This document shows positions 25,892 through 40,307 of a stretch of 64,000 nt of DNA, piece by piece. Made by a program: the position numbers and the translations under genes. A model generated the notes under the pieces. It saw only the letters and a program-made list of their open reading frames with translations. It did no database searches and was not told the DNA's origin. The DNA comes from Octopus sinensis (taxonomy: Eukaryota). The DNA lies in the NCBI RefSeq assembly GCF_006345805.1, contig NC_042997.1:120342001-120406000 (forward strand), in the 5' to 3' direction. Each line of letters begins with the position of its first letter. Positions within the stretch are counted from its first letter, which is position 1.

Positions 25892-27006
25892 GCTAAAAGT
25901 AATTCTCAAATAGTAGCCACCCTCCTACTCACCCCAAAATTAATAGAAACATCTTCACATTGATGTACCGAGTATATATCGAAATTACTATTTTTGCTAC
26001 ATTTGTAAATGTCCTAGATTATATGCAGAATAAGATCTTTCTAGTAATCGGTAAATATTCACTCACTAACAAGCGAAGATTCTTTACTTGTTTTTAGATT
26101 CTCGGTATCTCTGCTGTATCACACTTTGCAGAGTCTGTTTTACATAAATTGCCAATTCCGTTGCTGCCAAGTCTCAAGAGCTTTTCTATTGCATATAAAA
26201 ACAGATGCTGATGAAGCTATTTAATAAAGATCGTAAATTTAGATAAATTGAAATGCCGTGGGGAGACGTGCGAAACAGTTTTACTTTTATATGATTTCAA
26301 CTTGGAACTTAAGTTACAAGGGATTGCAAAGATTATTTCACATTTGAATTAGAGAGTGCATTAGTCTATACTTTTAAACTAAAAAATTAAAAAACATGTT
26401 TAGAAATCCGTTCACTAACAGGAAGGGTAATGCTAAATCTCAGCATTTATGTCTCAACCATAATTACCATCAAGGCAAAAGAAAACAAAATTTATCACTA
26501 ATAGCATCCGTCGGGTATATCGAATATCAGCGCGTTGTCTATGAATAGCATGCAAACATAGATACACACATACACACAGAAACGCAAAAACGTGCGCCAA
26601 ACTTTAACAGAAGATCATGCAATACCATATCCATATAAACACATTTATTGTCTAGGTAGCAGCTAGGGTGGCACACTGGCGGAATCATTTGAGCGTCGGG
26701 AAAAGTACTTGAGGGGAAATACCGCTAGCTTTGCATTTCGTCTTCTCCTGGTCGATGAGATAAATTACAAATTGTGTTCAAACAAAACAAAAATATCCTT
26801 TATCTTCACCTTCCTCATAGCTGATGGATCTTTGACTAAATATAAAGCAATTATTCAGCAAATGTTTACGCATCACAAGCATTTCACTGCTTACATCATA
26901 GCACATTTCATGTCGGGAAATACAAATTTATACATAGCCCACCACACATAAAACTACATATGTTCAAGCAGGCACTTGCAGGAAAATACACTCGCGCGCA
27001 TGTGAT

Positions 27007-27018
27007 TGCGCATGCGCA
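27007..27018. promoter_or_regulatory. Perfect NRF-1-type palindrome TGCGCATGCGCA
   Basis: Exact match to YGCGCAYGCGCR in a CpG-containing non-repeat patch; function not demonstrated. Confidence 0.3.
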
Positions 27019-27517
27019 TAAGTGACGAGATATATAGAAACGAACACCTTCGCACGTATAAAATCATTTAGTTACATGATTAGCCCACATAGAACATCGT
27101 TGCCACAAGGGTCAGTTTAGAGCCTTACAGCTTATTTTAACGCTGGTTTTCAACAATTTTCTTCCTATGGGCTCTTTTGATTGATATTTAACTCTCCATT
27201 CGATCTTTTTAAAGTCCTACTATTATAAAAAATATAATAGAATTTTTTAAAACTTACATATCACTATCAATTGCATAGAAAATTAAAATATTCTTTGTAG
27301 TTTAGAACTTTGACCAATTTATTGTAGACAAATTTTCACAAGAAGATCTTATACGGACCACAGAGTGTCAAATGGAACACCAAAGGTCAGACGGACCCCG
27401 TTAAGAGCGATTGACTTAATGAATACAATGCTGATCAGCGAAATGTGCCTACCTTTAAAAGGAGACATGTGCATATGTTATATATATAAATATATTTACA
27501 CATATAAATGCATACAC

Positions 27518-27613
<96 letters not shown>

Positions 27614-27638
27614 ATATATCTATATGTGTTTACAAACA

Positions 27639-27712
27639 TACGAGGGGCGTTCAATAAGTAATACACCTGACCCACTTGTAATTGTTTGATCTAGCTGTAA
27701 CCCCTCAAAAAA
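27639..27712 (+). mobile_element. Mariner TIR fragment
   Basis: TA|CGAGGGGCGTTCAATAAGTAAT is a typical mariner terminus. Confidence 0.45.
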
Positions 27713-28197
27713 CCGAAGTGAAACAATTTCGGAATAGATAACACCGTTCTATGAACATCTACACAGACACACACGCGCACACACATATACACACATTCAT
27801 ACACAAGTTTGTATATGTGTATGCCAGTATGCATTTATAAGTCAATTCTTCTCCCAGTCAAAATTGCCTCCAGCCATTCTCTTCATTTCCGATCACCTTG
27901 TCGTGCCATATTTCTTGTTTTCTCAGTCGTTCTTTCTTTTCCTCTGCCTTTTCCCTCTCTGATTCTGTCTGCTTCTCTCTCTCCTCCCCTCGATGTAGTG
28001 CTTCAATTTTCTTTGTTTCTTTTCCTTTTATGACACCATAAAACCTATTTATCATATATCTAATTATTCTACCTCACTGGTAGTACTTTAATTTTATTCC
28101 CGACCTCTATACAAAGAAACCAAATTTCAGCAATTTTCAAACGTGACTGAAAAAGAAAAGAAGCAGCGACGAAAGGAACTTTTATACCCTTCCATGC

Positions 28198-28233
<36 letters not shown>

Positions 28234-30372
28234 TATTTGTATATATATATATGATGCGTATCTCTCTCTATGCATTTATTTCTGTGTGTGTGTGTGTGTA
28301 CAAGTATATATGTATGCTTGCGTATGTCTCTATGGAAGTATGCATGCATTTATACGTATCCGTATGTACATAACTCTGTTATCACTGGAGATGATACGTG
28401 ATGTGATACATATTTAATATTCAATGATACATTTTCCCTTTCGTTCAGAATGTAACTCTTCATACAAGCATGTTAAAACATCTTCCCTACTAACAAAGAT
28501 TACATGCCTGGGGATATAAATATAGGTTTATGATCTGAAAGAGTACATGTCCAAAACACCCGTGAACGGATGCCAGATCAAACAAATAGATTCCGATTGA
28601 TTTTTCTTCAGATAATCAGTTGAATCCGAATTACAAGTATGGAATGTTTATATCGATTGATGAAAGATATTTCAAAGGCTTTTGGCGTTGTTCTCCCTCA
28701 GGCCAATCTTGATTCAAAAGACCTTTGATAAAAGCGTTTCCAGCAGTGACCGTCTCATCATTTAAACGTAACTAGAAATACATTATTCAATATATGTTTT
28801 CATTTTAAATGATGGTAGGGTTTGGTTTGAGGAAGATTTGGCTACTCCTACTAACTGAATCTTCAAGCATACCTTTGAAAGTTTTATTCTTTATACAAAT
28901 AAATGAACGATGTTTCTCAGATGCACAAATATTAAAGTAGCTGGGATTGCTCGTATTTTTTAACAAAAAATGTAGTTTTCCTTCCTCTGTATAAAAATTT
29001 TGGGATGAATCCAAAACTAATAATATGTTAGATAAAATATCAAATATAATTTGGCACAAAAATCATTTATAGATGCTGTAACTGCGGTACACCGCTCTTT
29101 AATAAACACAAACATATAATGAAAAACTAAAATATACTGCAGGTTTATTTTTGCCTTCATATATCAAAGATATTGTTTTCATAAATATATTGAGTAGATC
29201 TAATCTATAATAATTTAGTATCAATATCAGATGTTTGGATCACATTTATGCTTTATAAATGCTGTTACTAAGATAACCTGACATCTGCATTACGTAGTGA
29301 TAGAGAAATGGGGAGATGGCTGAATGCATGTGTGCAAACAAATGCTATAAAAAATGATGTAATGAATCTACAGTTAGAAAAATACGGCTAATTCGTGATA
29401 TAATTTCTATATTTACTTCGTTTCTGGTGTAACATCATCGGCTATGAATATTATATTTTCAGAATTATTGTGGGGAACGAATTTTGAATGCTTTTGAACG
29501 GGATTGATTTTGGTATAAACAAGATAAAAAAACAATATCTATATCAACAATCTATCGTTTCGCCTTTAGCTCACATCTCTGAGTGCGAATTCTTTAAAAC
29601 TTATGTTAAGAAAATTTACTGTTAATACGGCCACATTACAAATCACACGCACATAAATGCAGTCGTTCCTCTCCCTTCTTATCTCTATTTGTTTCTCTAA
29701 CTTTCTCTTTTTTCTTTTTTTATCAATATATGCGTATCTTGATGACAATTAGTATGTATTATTCTATGCCTCTTCATGTGTGTTTGTGTGTGTGTGTGTT
29801 TGTAGTTTCCATTATTCTACCATTAGTATATTGTGAGAAATATTGTGTTATGAATGATTATACCAATGAAAGAGAGACATAGATTATCAACATAAGGTCA
29901 GAAAGCTTTTATAAATGATGTTGTCAGGGAATCAAAATTTGAAACAGAAATTCGATGGGTATTGAAAATTATAAAGTCACTTGTATCATAAATTGTGGTA
30001 TGTCGCTATAATTATCGTACCTTTTACACATTTGAAGACAGTTCTGGAAATTTTAATGCACTGACTTTTTAAAATGTTATTGCTATAACATATTTGTTTA
30101 AATATAAATATTTGTTTAAACATTAGTTATAAATATTATTATAAATACTTGTTTAAACAGTTTTAGAATCCTCCGAATCCTATTGATTTACAGTTTCTTT
30201 TGTTTCTGCTTTCAAATCAATGATACTACTCAGCTTACATTTTCGAGCGATAAACGATATTCCACCCGAGGCCATAAAAGAGAGAATAGGGAACAATCCC
30301 AATGTATTCCTGTTTTTTAAAACTTTTAATCGCGTACGTGTAATTGTGTAAGATCATAGATGTCATCTATAC

Positions 30373-30665
30373 CAGTGCTACTCAAAGTGATGGTCCACGG
30401 GCCAGTGCCGGTCCACGAGCCATCAGCTGCCGGTACGCAGCGAGTTTACAGAAAAGAATAATATATATATATATATAATGCTTATGTAATATTGTATTAT
30501 TTGTTTACAAAATGAATGAGATGAAAAAAATTGTCAACTTTTATTATATTCATTATAAATATTGTTTCCTGTATAAATTAATATTACTAAGAAATATTGC
30601 CGGTCCCTGGCACATTGGGAAAAAAATATGCTGGTACGCCACATCAGATAGTTTGAGAAGCACTG
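30373..30665. mobile_element. hAT (Charlie/Buster-like) MITE, 293 bp
   Basis: TIRs CAGTGCTACTCAAA / TTTGAGAAGCACTG (13 of 14 match); perfect 8-bp TSD ATCTATAC at 30365-30372 and 30666-30673. Confidence 0.9.
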
Positions 30666-32065
30666 ATCTATACTACACTTTATATAAAATTCTGGTATAG
30701 TCTGAGAAGTATAGCACCATTAGCTACAGCTTGGGCGGCAAGCTGCCAGAATCTTTAGCTCGCTGATGAAAATGCTTAGAGGCATTTCTTCCGTCTTTAC
30801 TTTCTGAGTTCAAATTTCGCTGATGTCGACTTTGCCTTTCATCCTTTTGGTGTCTATAAAATACGAACTTGTCGACATATCCCTGCCCTGAACTTGCTGG
30901 CCCTGCACTACAATTTAAAACAATTGTTGACTATAACTGCAAGTTATACGGAACTTAGAGCAAATTGAAAATGAAAGGTGAATGATTAGGAATGTGAATT
31001 CACAAAGGATATATGTGGCTTGTGAGGATAATCTTCAGCTAAAAATCAGCGACAGCTAATACTACGTTCAATACATTATCAGTAGCAGAAAGCTCACTCA
31101 CAGTGTCATCTAGTGCGCTCTTGAAATAGGCATGGCAACCATAAACAACGTTGTACAGTTCTCATATAATACAGCCTTCTATTCTATAGATTTACATTCC
31201 ATTGTGGCTGAAATCGTATTTCATTCCATCAGATTTGATAAAATGGTTCCACTCCTACAATTTTGTCGACTTACATAGTTGCAGGAAACATTATTTGTTC
31301 TGCGAGAGGAAAAAAAAAAAAAAAAAAAAAAAATAAATAAATTACGTCGTTCACGTGGCTTGAAACAAGTTCTTTTCTATTAGAATGACATTATTGCAGG
31401 AGAAAGGTAGGAAAAAAGAATGAAAGAAATGGCTAACTTTCATTGAGAACAATTTATATTGTCAGACACTCAATAAAACAATAAAAATCAAATCTTGTTT
31501 TATATGATTCACTAAATGACGACTACTACAATAAATGCTTTCTCAGATCAGTAGAACACGACACATTTCGAGAGAATGGCCTCGGTACATGTCTGATATT
31601 GATTTTATTAACCCCTGAAGAGAAGCAACATAAAAGACTTCCCGAAGAGAATAGTAATACAAGAAGAATATTAAAATTATATGAAATTTCGTGTGACATT
31701 TATACTAGTGTGCTTGAGATATTAGTTGTACTACTGCAAAACATTAAGTCACACAACTCACGTGTCTATATACAGTTATATACTTGCATATTCAGTCGCA
31801 AATCAACACACATAAACACAAACACAAATATATACATATACATGTACAGATATATTTATATGAAAGTATGTATGTATGTATGTATGTATGTATGTATGTA
31901 TGTATGTATGTATGTATATGCAAATGTACGGATGGTGTGAATATGGTACTCATAATTCAAGAAAGGTCACCTTACTTGGGAAATTACAGCTGCGAGCCCT
32001 TTAATGAACAGTAAATATATGCAAAACATTACCAATTTCAATGTCTAATACGCACACACATATAT

Positions 32066-32667
32066 TTCTTTACTGCCCACAAGGGGCTAAACATAGAGGG
32101 GACAAACAATGACAGAGAAAGGGATTAAGTCGATTACATCGACCCCAGTGCGAAGCTGGTACTTTATTTATCGACCCCGAAAGGATGAAAGGCAATGTCG
32201 ACCTCGGTGGAATTTGAACTCAGAACGTAACGACAGACGAAATTTTTATTTCTCTTTCTTTGCTACCCACAAGGGGCTAAACACGGAGGGGACAAACAAG
32301 GACAGAGAAACGGATTAAGTCGATTATATCGACCCCAGTGCGTAACTGGTACTTATTTAATCGACCCCAAAAGGATGAAAGGCAAAGTCGACCTCGACGG
32401 AATTTGAACTCGGAACGTAGCGGCAGACGAATTACCTCTTTCTTTACTACCCACAAGGGGCTAAACACAGAGGGGACAAACAAGGACAGACACACGGATT
32501 AAGTCGATTACGTCGACCCCAGTGCGTAACTGGTACTTATTTAATCGACCCCGAAGTGATGAAAGGCAAAGTCGACCTCGGCGGAATTTGAACTCAGAGC
32601 GTAGCGGCAGACGAAATACCGCTCAGCTTTTGCCCGGCGCGCTAAAGTTTCTGCCAGCTCACCGCCT
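32066..32667 (-). mobile_element. SINE family A, one head plus three tandem body units
   Basis: Units begin near 32066, 32257 and 32440; a single head at about 32620-32667. Confidence 0.88.
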
Positions 32668-35040
32668 AATACACAAACATATATGTGTGTATGTGTGTGT
32701 CTGTGTGTAAGCGTGTGTCTGTATGTCCATGTAGGCATGTAAATGTACGCAGACACACACACACATGTATATGTGTATGTGAGTGAGTATGTGTATACAG
32801 TTACATATAATCAATTTATAGGCCCCGGTAATAGGTTGTATTTTATTTTGTCCCCACGGAAAATGGAAGTCAGTGGTATTTGTGGCGGGATTTGAACCCA
32901 GAATATATGTAACTGGAATAATTACCGCAGTTTACTTTTTTACGAGTCTTTAACTCTGGTCCAAATATATTATTTCTCCTAATCCGCATACACACATATA
33001 TGTATAAATTATATATGTGCGTATGTTTGTGTATAGATATTTCAAAGAAGCACAAGGAATATCAAGAGAAAGATAAAAAGAAATAGCGTGATGGATGAAA
33101 TAACTGCAATTAAATACGACATTTGTTTCAATGGCTACTCTCTGCCGATAAATGTGTGCAGCTGCCGATGTTAGACGATAGATGGAAAAAGTCAGTGATG
33201 CGCTGAAAAGAATACCTTGCAGAATTTAATTACGTTTGTTTATGTTCTGTAACAATACATTTGAGGTCGTGTATGACCTTCGTCTGTCAGGATCAGATGA
33301 CAACAATCGAAAATATACCCAGATTACTTTCCGAAATCGCAGTTCTGTGACAAATGTGTGGTCGTTGAGGAAACCAAAGTCTATGATGTTTTGCCACTTG
33401 GTTAAAATTCATTTACTCTAATAGTTACCTTACGATATTCATGTACTCGGAATACTTGTAACTCTTCTTTTGAATTACGGATTAGCTAAAATGTATCAAA
33501 TATTGGGAAATAATTAGAGGGAAGTATTAACTAATGGAATAACTGGAAAAACTTTGCAACCATTCTCTAATGTAAACCATTGCGTTCAAGCCGTTTTCTT
33601 TGTACGTATTTAGAGCAGCATGTATGTTCTGATGCTGTTGGATATATGTTTCTTTATTACCCACAAGGGGTTAAACATAGAGGGGACCAACAATGACAGA
33701 GAAACGGATTAAGCCGATTACATCCACCCCTCTGCGTAATTGGTACTTAATTTATCTATTCCGAAAGGATGAAAGGCAAATTCGACTTCGGCGGAATTTG
33801 AACTCAGAACGTAACGGCAGAAGAAATACGGCTACGCCGAAGGCATAATACATCGTAAAACGGATACGTGTAGATAAAAAGTCACTGAATGTCTTGTAAG
33901 AATGAAATTTATTTAGACAAACATCATGCATTTAATGAATGGAAATATTACGAAATCTCTCAACTTGATACCTAACGAACCAACATGGAGCATCGTAGTT
34001 TTCACATAACCTGCAAGAAACAATATCCTGATCTCTCTCAAATTCCACTATCTCCTCTCAGTAAAGGAAATATGAGTAGATAATATAATCTCAGAACGCA
34101 ATTTAAAAGGCTCCATGGCTGTGACTGGTATTAGTTGAAAGGTAGGATTACACGAGCAAATTTAACCCAAGGATAAATAGCAACACCAAAACAAGGCGGG
34201 GAGCTTCGACTCATCAATTAACCGTAAATTCTCTTCAGTGCAGAGTGTAAGGTGCTGTATGGAATGCTGAGAAGAAAGTCATCAGAGGTCGTAAACTGAT
34301 TAGCAAACTTACACGTCAGTTTTGACCTCCACTGGTCTCTTGATAACCAGGCTGTCTTGATCAACGACGAATGGTTTGGAATCCCATTCACCAAGACAAA
34401 ATAGAAGAAAATATTTTCAGTTTACCTGGTTTCACTTGGTACAAGAATATGGAGATGTAGAAGGGATGTTTTAATTAGTACCCATGTAGTCTGCTACTAT
34501 AGAAATTATAACCCTCTGATGTGCACTAGACATATATATATATCATGATAGGGTATACTCTTCTCCAGTTCACCGTGGTGTTGGGACTGTCAGTTGCATG
34601 AGGCTATTCAGAGATAATGCTTCCTGGAATACCACAGCTAACGGGACATAATTTTATAGACGTTCCATTGTCATAACAGAAATAATGGGGAAACAAATCA
34701 CTTTTATAACTATTCTAGAAAAAGCTATAGATTACATATGAAGGCCAAAAATTAACATTGTCATATGTTCATTCATAATATGTTGTGAATATGAGAACTA
34801 TCGCTTACATACTAAAGACAGCATTTGGCATTCTAGACAAAAAAAAAATATTGATATTATCTAAACAGTACCGTTGAGGGATGCCAAGTGGATTATTGAG
34901 ATCAAGTGTAGAAAATAATGCTATTGACAAGTGTTTAGAAAAGAAAGCTGAGATGCTTTTATGAATATATAATTTTTTGAAGGTTATTCACTTAGAGTAA
35001 AATCGAATGTAACTGAAGCTTAGCCAAAGAAACACATTCA

Positions 35041-35689
35041 CGTCAATCAAACCGCAATGTATAATAATGACTACAAAAGAAATTGCCCTGTACGCCGCTC
35101 TCAGAGTGAGTCACAACTTGTTTGAGTCAATATTTAAAATATTTACCATAGTGAACTCTAAGTGAATGTGTTATCAGAAAAGTAGAGTGAATGCACAATT
35201 TGGTATCAAGGTTCCACGAGAATGATTCTGCTTCGCGCTAGTAATCAAGGATGTAAAACTCCTGCTGAATTCAATGTCGCTGACGAGAAGTTTAAAGTAG
35301 CAGTCATACGCTGGTATGTGATGCTCAGACTTCAGTTCATTTGGCAGAAAGGAAATGGTAGACGCAAGTGTAAACTTGATAGAAGCGTTAAATGTGAAGT
35401 TGTACATACCGGCCGGACTGCAACAAGGTGGCGGGGATGCAGATCCACTGACAGAATAACAAATACAAGTGAGATATTGCTACTAGATGAATCTATATTA
35501 AATAAGAGCGTGCGTCTCAGGCAGAAATATCCGGAGGTGAATGTAAAAAGTCAGTATAAAAGAATGAAGTCAACTTATTATGCATTGTGTAGTGGAATAT
35601 TGCGTCAAACAAGTTTTGACTCATTCTGAGAGCTGTGTACAGGGCAATATCTTTTCTAGTCATTATTATACGTAGCGGTTTGATTGACG
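35041..35689. mobile_element. Non-autonomous TIR element (possibly Tc1-derived)
   Basis: Imperfect inverted repeats of about 94 bp (35041-35134 / 35596-35689) with exact outer 15 bp cgtcaatcaaaccgc; the interior has only weak Tc1 N-terminal resemblance. Confidence 0.65.
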
Positions 35690-35946
35690 CTGTTAATTGA
35701 CTATAGCTTATGTATCGTTGGAACATATTTAAGAATTAGACTTCCAATTATGATAATCTCGAGGTGGTGCAATTAGATTTTACGATGCTATTGTTATTAA
35801 GCCATATTGCAACATAGTGAATCGACACTTTCATTTAACAAACAGTTACCCTAACATTTCAATTGACGGCAATCTGTACCGGGCATTTGAAAAGAAAGAT
35901 TTAAAATATCAAAAATTGATGAACCGTGTGCGAAGGGTAAATATTT

Positions 35947-36719
35947 TTTATTGCCCACAGAGGGCTAAACATAGAGAGGACAAAAAAGGGCAGATAAAGG
36001 GATTAAGTCGATTACGTCGACACCTGTGCGCAACTGGTACTCATTTAAACGACCGTGAAAGGATGAATGGCAAAGTCGACCTCGGCGGAATTTGAATTCA
36101 GAACGTAACGGCAGACGAAATACCTATTTCTTTACTACCCACTAGGGGCTAAACACAGAGAGGACAAACAAGGAAAGACAAAGGGAGTAAGTCCATTATA
36201 TCAACCTCAGTGCGTAACTGGTACTTATTTAATCGACCCTGAAAAGATGAAAGTCAAAGTCGACTACGGCGGAATTTGAACACAGAACGTAACAGCAGAA
36301 GAAATAGCTATTTCTTTACTACCCACAAGGGGCTAAACACAGAGGGGACAAACAAGGGCATACAAACGGATTAAGTTGATTACATCGACCTCAGTGCGTG
36401 CGTAACTGGTACTTATTTAATCGACCCCGAAAGTATGAAAGGCAAAATCGAAATCGGCGGAATATGAACTCAGAACGTAGGGGCAGACGAAATACCTATT
36501 TCTTTACTACCCACAAGCGGCTAAACACAGAGAGAACAAACCAGGACAGATAAATGGATTAAGTCGATCATATCGACCCCAGAGCGTAACTGGTTCTTAT
36601 TTAATCGACCCTGAAAGGATGAAAGGCAAAGTCGACTACGGTGAATTTGAACTCAGAACACAGCGGCGGACGAAATACTACAAAGCATTTCGCCCGACGT
36701 GCTAACATTTCTGCCGCCC
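35947..36719 (-). mobile_element. SINE family A, one head plus four tandem ~184-bp body units
   Basis: Units start near 35947, 36131, 36315 and 36503; head at about 36670-36719. Confidence 0.88.
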
Positions 36720-38321
36720 TTGCGATACGTAAATAGAAGCCTACGGTGCTTCCAGCTAGTGTACCGAGTGCTTACAATTAGTTCTACAATATACTTAGTT
36801 GGGACTCGACATGGCTAGAATTGCAGAACGTTGAATCCTATCACGAGTGTTGTGGAAGAAAAGAGAAACTTATTCATACGGATACCCTAAGAGGGACGAC
36901 CAGATCTGAGGATAAAAATCTTGTCCTCAATAAGAAGTTGCTGTATGTTCATAGATGCAACCAGTGGAGTGTAGTGGCATATGTAACGAAAGAAAAAGCG
37001 TGAAAGATTGTCTAAAAATCTTGGCGATTCAATGCTACCTGGCAACACTCGCGAGATATTTGCTCTCTTGGATGAAATAATTGTGACCTCCAGTTGAGAG
37101 ATGAGGAGAGTGTCTAGCACGGGAATTGTTATGTAAAATGAATTAACTTTACTCTCTTAACATATAATCGGTTTTGAAAAGCTTGAATATAAAGGTTCAA
37201 AGCAAAGCACAACAAACTGAAATACACACGTATATTCTGAATATTTCATCTTTATAAATAGCACAAGAGCTGAATGTCATTCCGTCACGGTGTGTCGCAA
37301 TAAAACGGTTTACCAACTTAGAAAATGAAATATGATGGGAATATTGAGGCTGATATGCATCCCATGCAACGGCGTAAAACGCATTAAATGATAGGCACGG
37401 CAATATTAAGATTCACAATATATGATATTATATTCGTATAGCTTAGATATTTAAAAAGCAACAACTAGCAGTAAGAAATGTAATATTCTGAAACGCTAAC
37501 AAAAGAATGATCATAATAATGAGAATGATGTTGGGAGGAGGGTAATTAAATTCAGTTTTTTTCTTGAAAGGTTATGTCGCTGTTCATTGAAAGTTGTTGA
37601 AGGTTATATGAATATTGAAATATTACTTCCTTTATTACTTCCACAGATCTGTTCAACGGCAATGCAAATTTGAATTATTCATATAGTGCTGATGATTTTC
37701 TTGTATATACTGCCGATATGTTATTTGCAGTTTTTCAAGAGCATTCAATTATAATTAACTTACCAGTATTTTTAGATTTGTTTTTCGGTAGCTTATACTA
37801 TCTCAGTAATTTTGTTTTTGTAACATTCTATATAGAATTGAAATTTTTCGTTCATGGTGTTTTGTTTTTATTTTCTTTGGCTAAGCTTCAGTTACATTCG
37901 ATTTTACTATTAAAACGTTATGCTTGTACAACATTCAAGTTTTTAAATATAGCACAACTACGGCTTCTCTTCTAAGGAATCGTTAAAATGCTAGTTTATA
38001 TTTTAGCAACGGCACATTCTTCAGAATTCTTTTAAGCAACTATGATATATGTAAAATATATAATATTACTGAGAAGAAATGCTAAGTTAGCTTAAAATCT
38101 TGTTAGCTGTACAGTTGCTCCTTAAATTCCATGCTTTCAAATATCTTTTAAAATTGACAATATTAATATAGAGTTAATGAAAATTAGATTTAAGTTAGGA
38201 ACACTGTGTGTAGATATTGGTATATTCTGTAATGTCCCACTTTTGTGTTCATTTCTTAATTAAATTCAAATTATTAAGCCGAAGGAGCGAGCATTTTATT
38301 TCACACGTACACGCACACACG

Positions 38322-38355
<34 letters not shown>

Positions 38356-38488
38356 CATACACACATAGAGGCACACACACACCCAGGCCCCATCGCGTAA
38401 CACCTTCAACAAGTGTCTTCTACTATAACTTCGTCCGACCAAATCCTTGTTAGTGGATTTAGAGGTAGACGGAAACTGAAAGGAATCG

Positions 38489-38556
<68 letters not shown>

Positions 38557-40307
38557 GTGCAACTACAATGGATCAGAACAGATCTGGGAACGATAGTGGT
38601 TAATAAATCTTTCCATACTCCTCAAAACTCGAGAACTCCCAAGCTAGATACTCACTAACGGATGTTTAAAATCATACCCAGAGCATACGGCTGACAAAAT
38701 AATATGCGCTTTGGACAAGATACTTTGCAGCATTATATCCGGGTCTTAACGTTCTCAGCTAATATTCTGCTGAGGCAAATTTCGCTTTTGAGCATTACGG
38801 ACTTCATAAAATACAGACCAGTTAGTTACAAGTTTCGATTTAAAAGACCTGCGGCCTCTCCTCAAAATTGATGACCCTTGTGCCAAAACTAGAAAGAATA
38901 TGCGAGTAAATTCTATCCATTATTAAGATATTATCATAATGATTTTTCTAGGGCATTTACCCACAAATTCCAATGCATTTAGGTATTTTCTTAATGTTCT
39001 CAAAGAAATATGAATTTGACCTATCATACTTCATTAATTTGATTAAAACTTTTGTGAGAAATTAAATATTTAACCGTACATCCTATTATAATTACAAAAA
39101 CACAATCTTGCTTTCCTATGAGTTTTTGTATACCTGCATACAACATTGTGGATGTGTTGTGTGAGGATATTTAAATTCACTTCAAGAGGATATACTGAAT
39201 ACAATCAGTATGTAATTGTATTTCCAGGTATGATTAATAAATTCCTATCACTACAGACGGAAGAAAGTTTTGGTGATTGTCTTGCATTTCCATTTTTATG
39301 ACGTAACTCATAGTAACAACGATGACTAACTTCTCCTTTGAATGCCACACCTCAAGCAACTCATAATAACTGCCCTCTATATCATTTAGATTATATTTTT
39401 ACTTATAAAACCATCTTCGGAAATACACAGCTACTTGTCTCCATGTAACTTTGCTCCCAGAAAGGCATGAACTTCATTTTATTGTCTTAGTTCACGGCTA
39501 ATAACGTTCGCTTTGTTTCAAATTTAACCCGCAGCATGTTCTAGTTAGATTATTATAAATCTCAGCCTGCAAACGCAGCTTCTGTTGAACTCTTCCTCAT
39601 CCATACATTCTTTATTTACCACCGTCATTAAACAATTTTGCTGTAATTTTTTTTGTGAATTAGTTTCATTTGAGAACAATTTTTTTCTGAAAATATTTGC
39701 TTCTTGTCAACGTAATTTTTTTTTTTACCTGAGTAAATTGTGTTTTTATCCACACATATTTTCTTTTCGATAACATTATCGATTTTTCCTCTTATCATTT
39801 ATAATATATTTTCTACTTTACTCTCTTCTAACAATCTTTGTTTTTGTTCAGCAGTCAATCAAATATTATCGAACACAATTATTCATATTTTCAAAGCTTC
39901 GTATCTCATTGGGTCTGTTGTTACCTTATTGATTATTTCCCAAATTGATATCCCCAAATATGGTTTGGTTCATCTTCCTGTTTGTATTAATTTTATTCCA
40001 CTTTTCCATCTGCTCCACCTACTTCTCTTCTCTGCCTTTTTCAATAACAAGGGTTGTATTCAACGACGGATCTCCACTATCAGTATTGTGATGGATCTGA
40101 TTACATATTTTTCTTGCATATATATATATATATATTAATTTATTTATTTTTGTGAGAGGTTGAGGAACCAACTAAGGGATAGTACATATATAATATACTG
40201 CTGGTAGTGTAGCCAATTATTCATACCCAAATGCTGGTTATTGCGTTGCAATCTCGCAGTTGAGTGTCATATATGGGCAGGGGTAAGAATTGTTTTGCCC
40301 TTGGTTT

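Noticed and set aside
28671-28729. Two inverted TCF/LEF-like sites plus CCAAT
   Set aside because: Short motifs are expected by chance in 64 kb of AT-rich DNA; no supporting evidence.
31612-31655. CTGAAGA-GAAG..CTTC-ccGAAG hammerhead-like motif (similar case at 34210-34250, minus strand)
   Set aside because: GAAG instead of GAAA, and no stem III or stem I; compatible with chance.
35947-36719. Regularly spaced repeats superficially like a CRISPR array
   Set aside because: Whole ~184-bp units are homologous (no unique spacers), they are SINE bodies, and there are no cas genes in this eukaryotic DNA.
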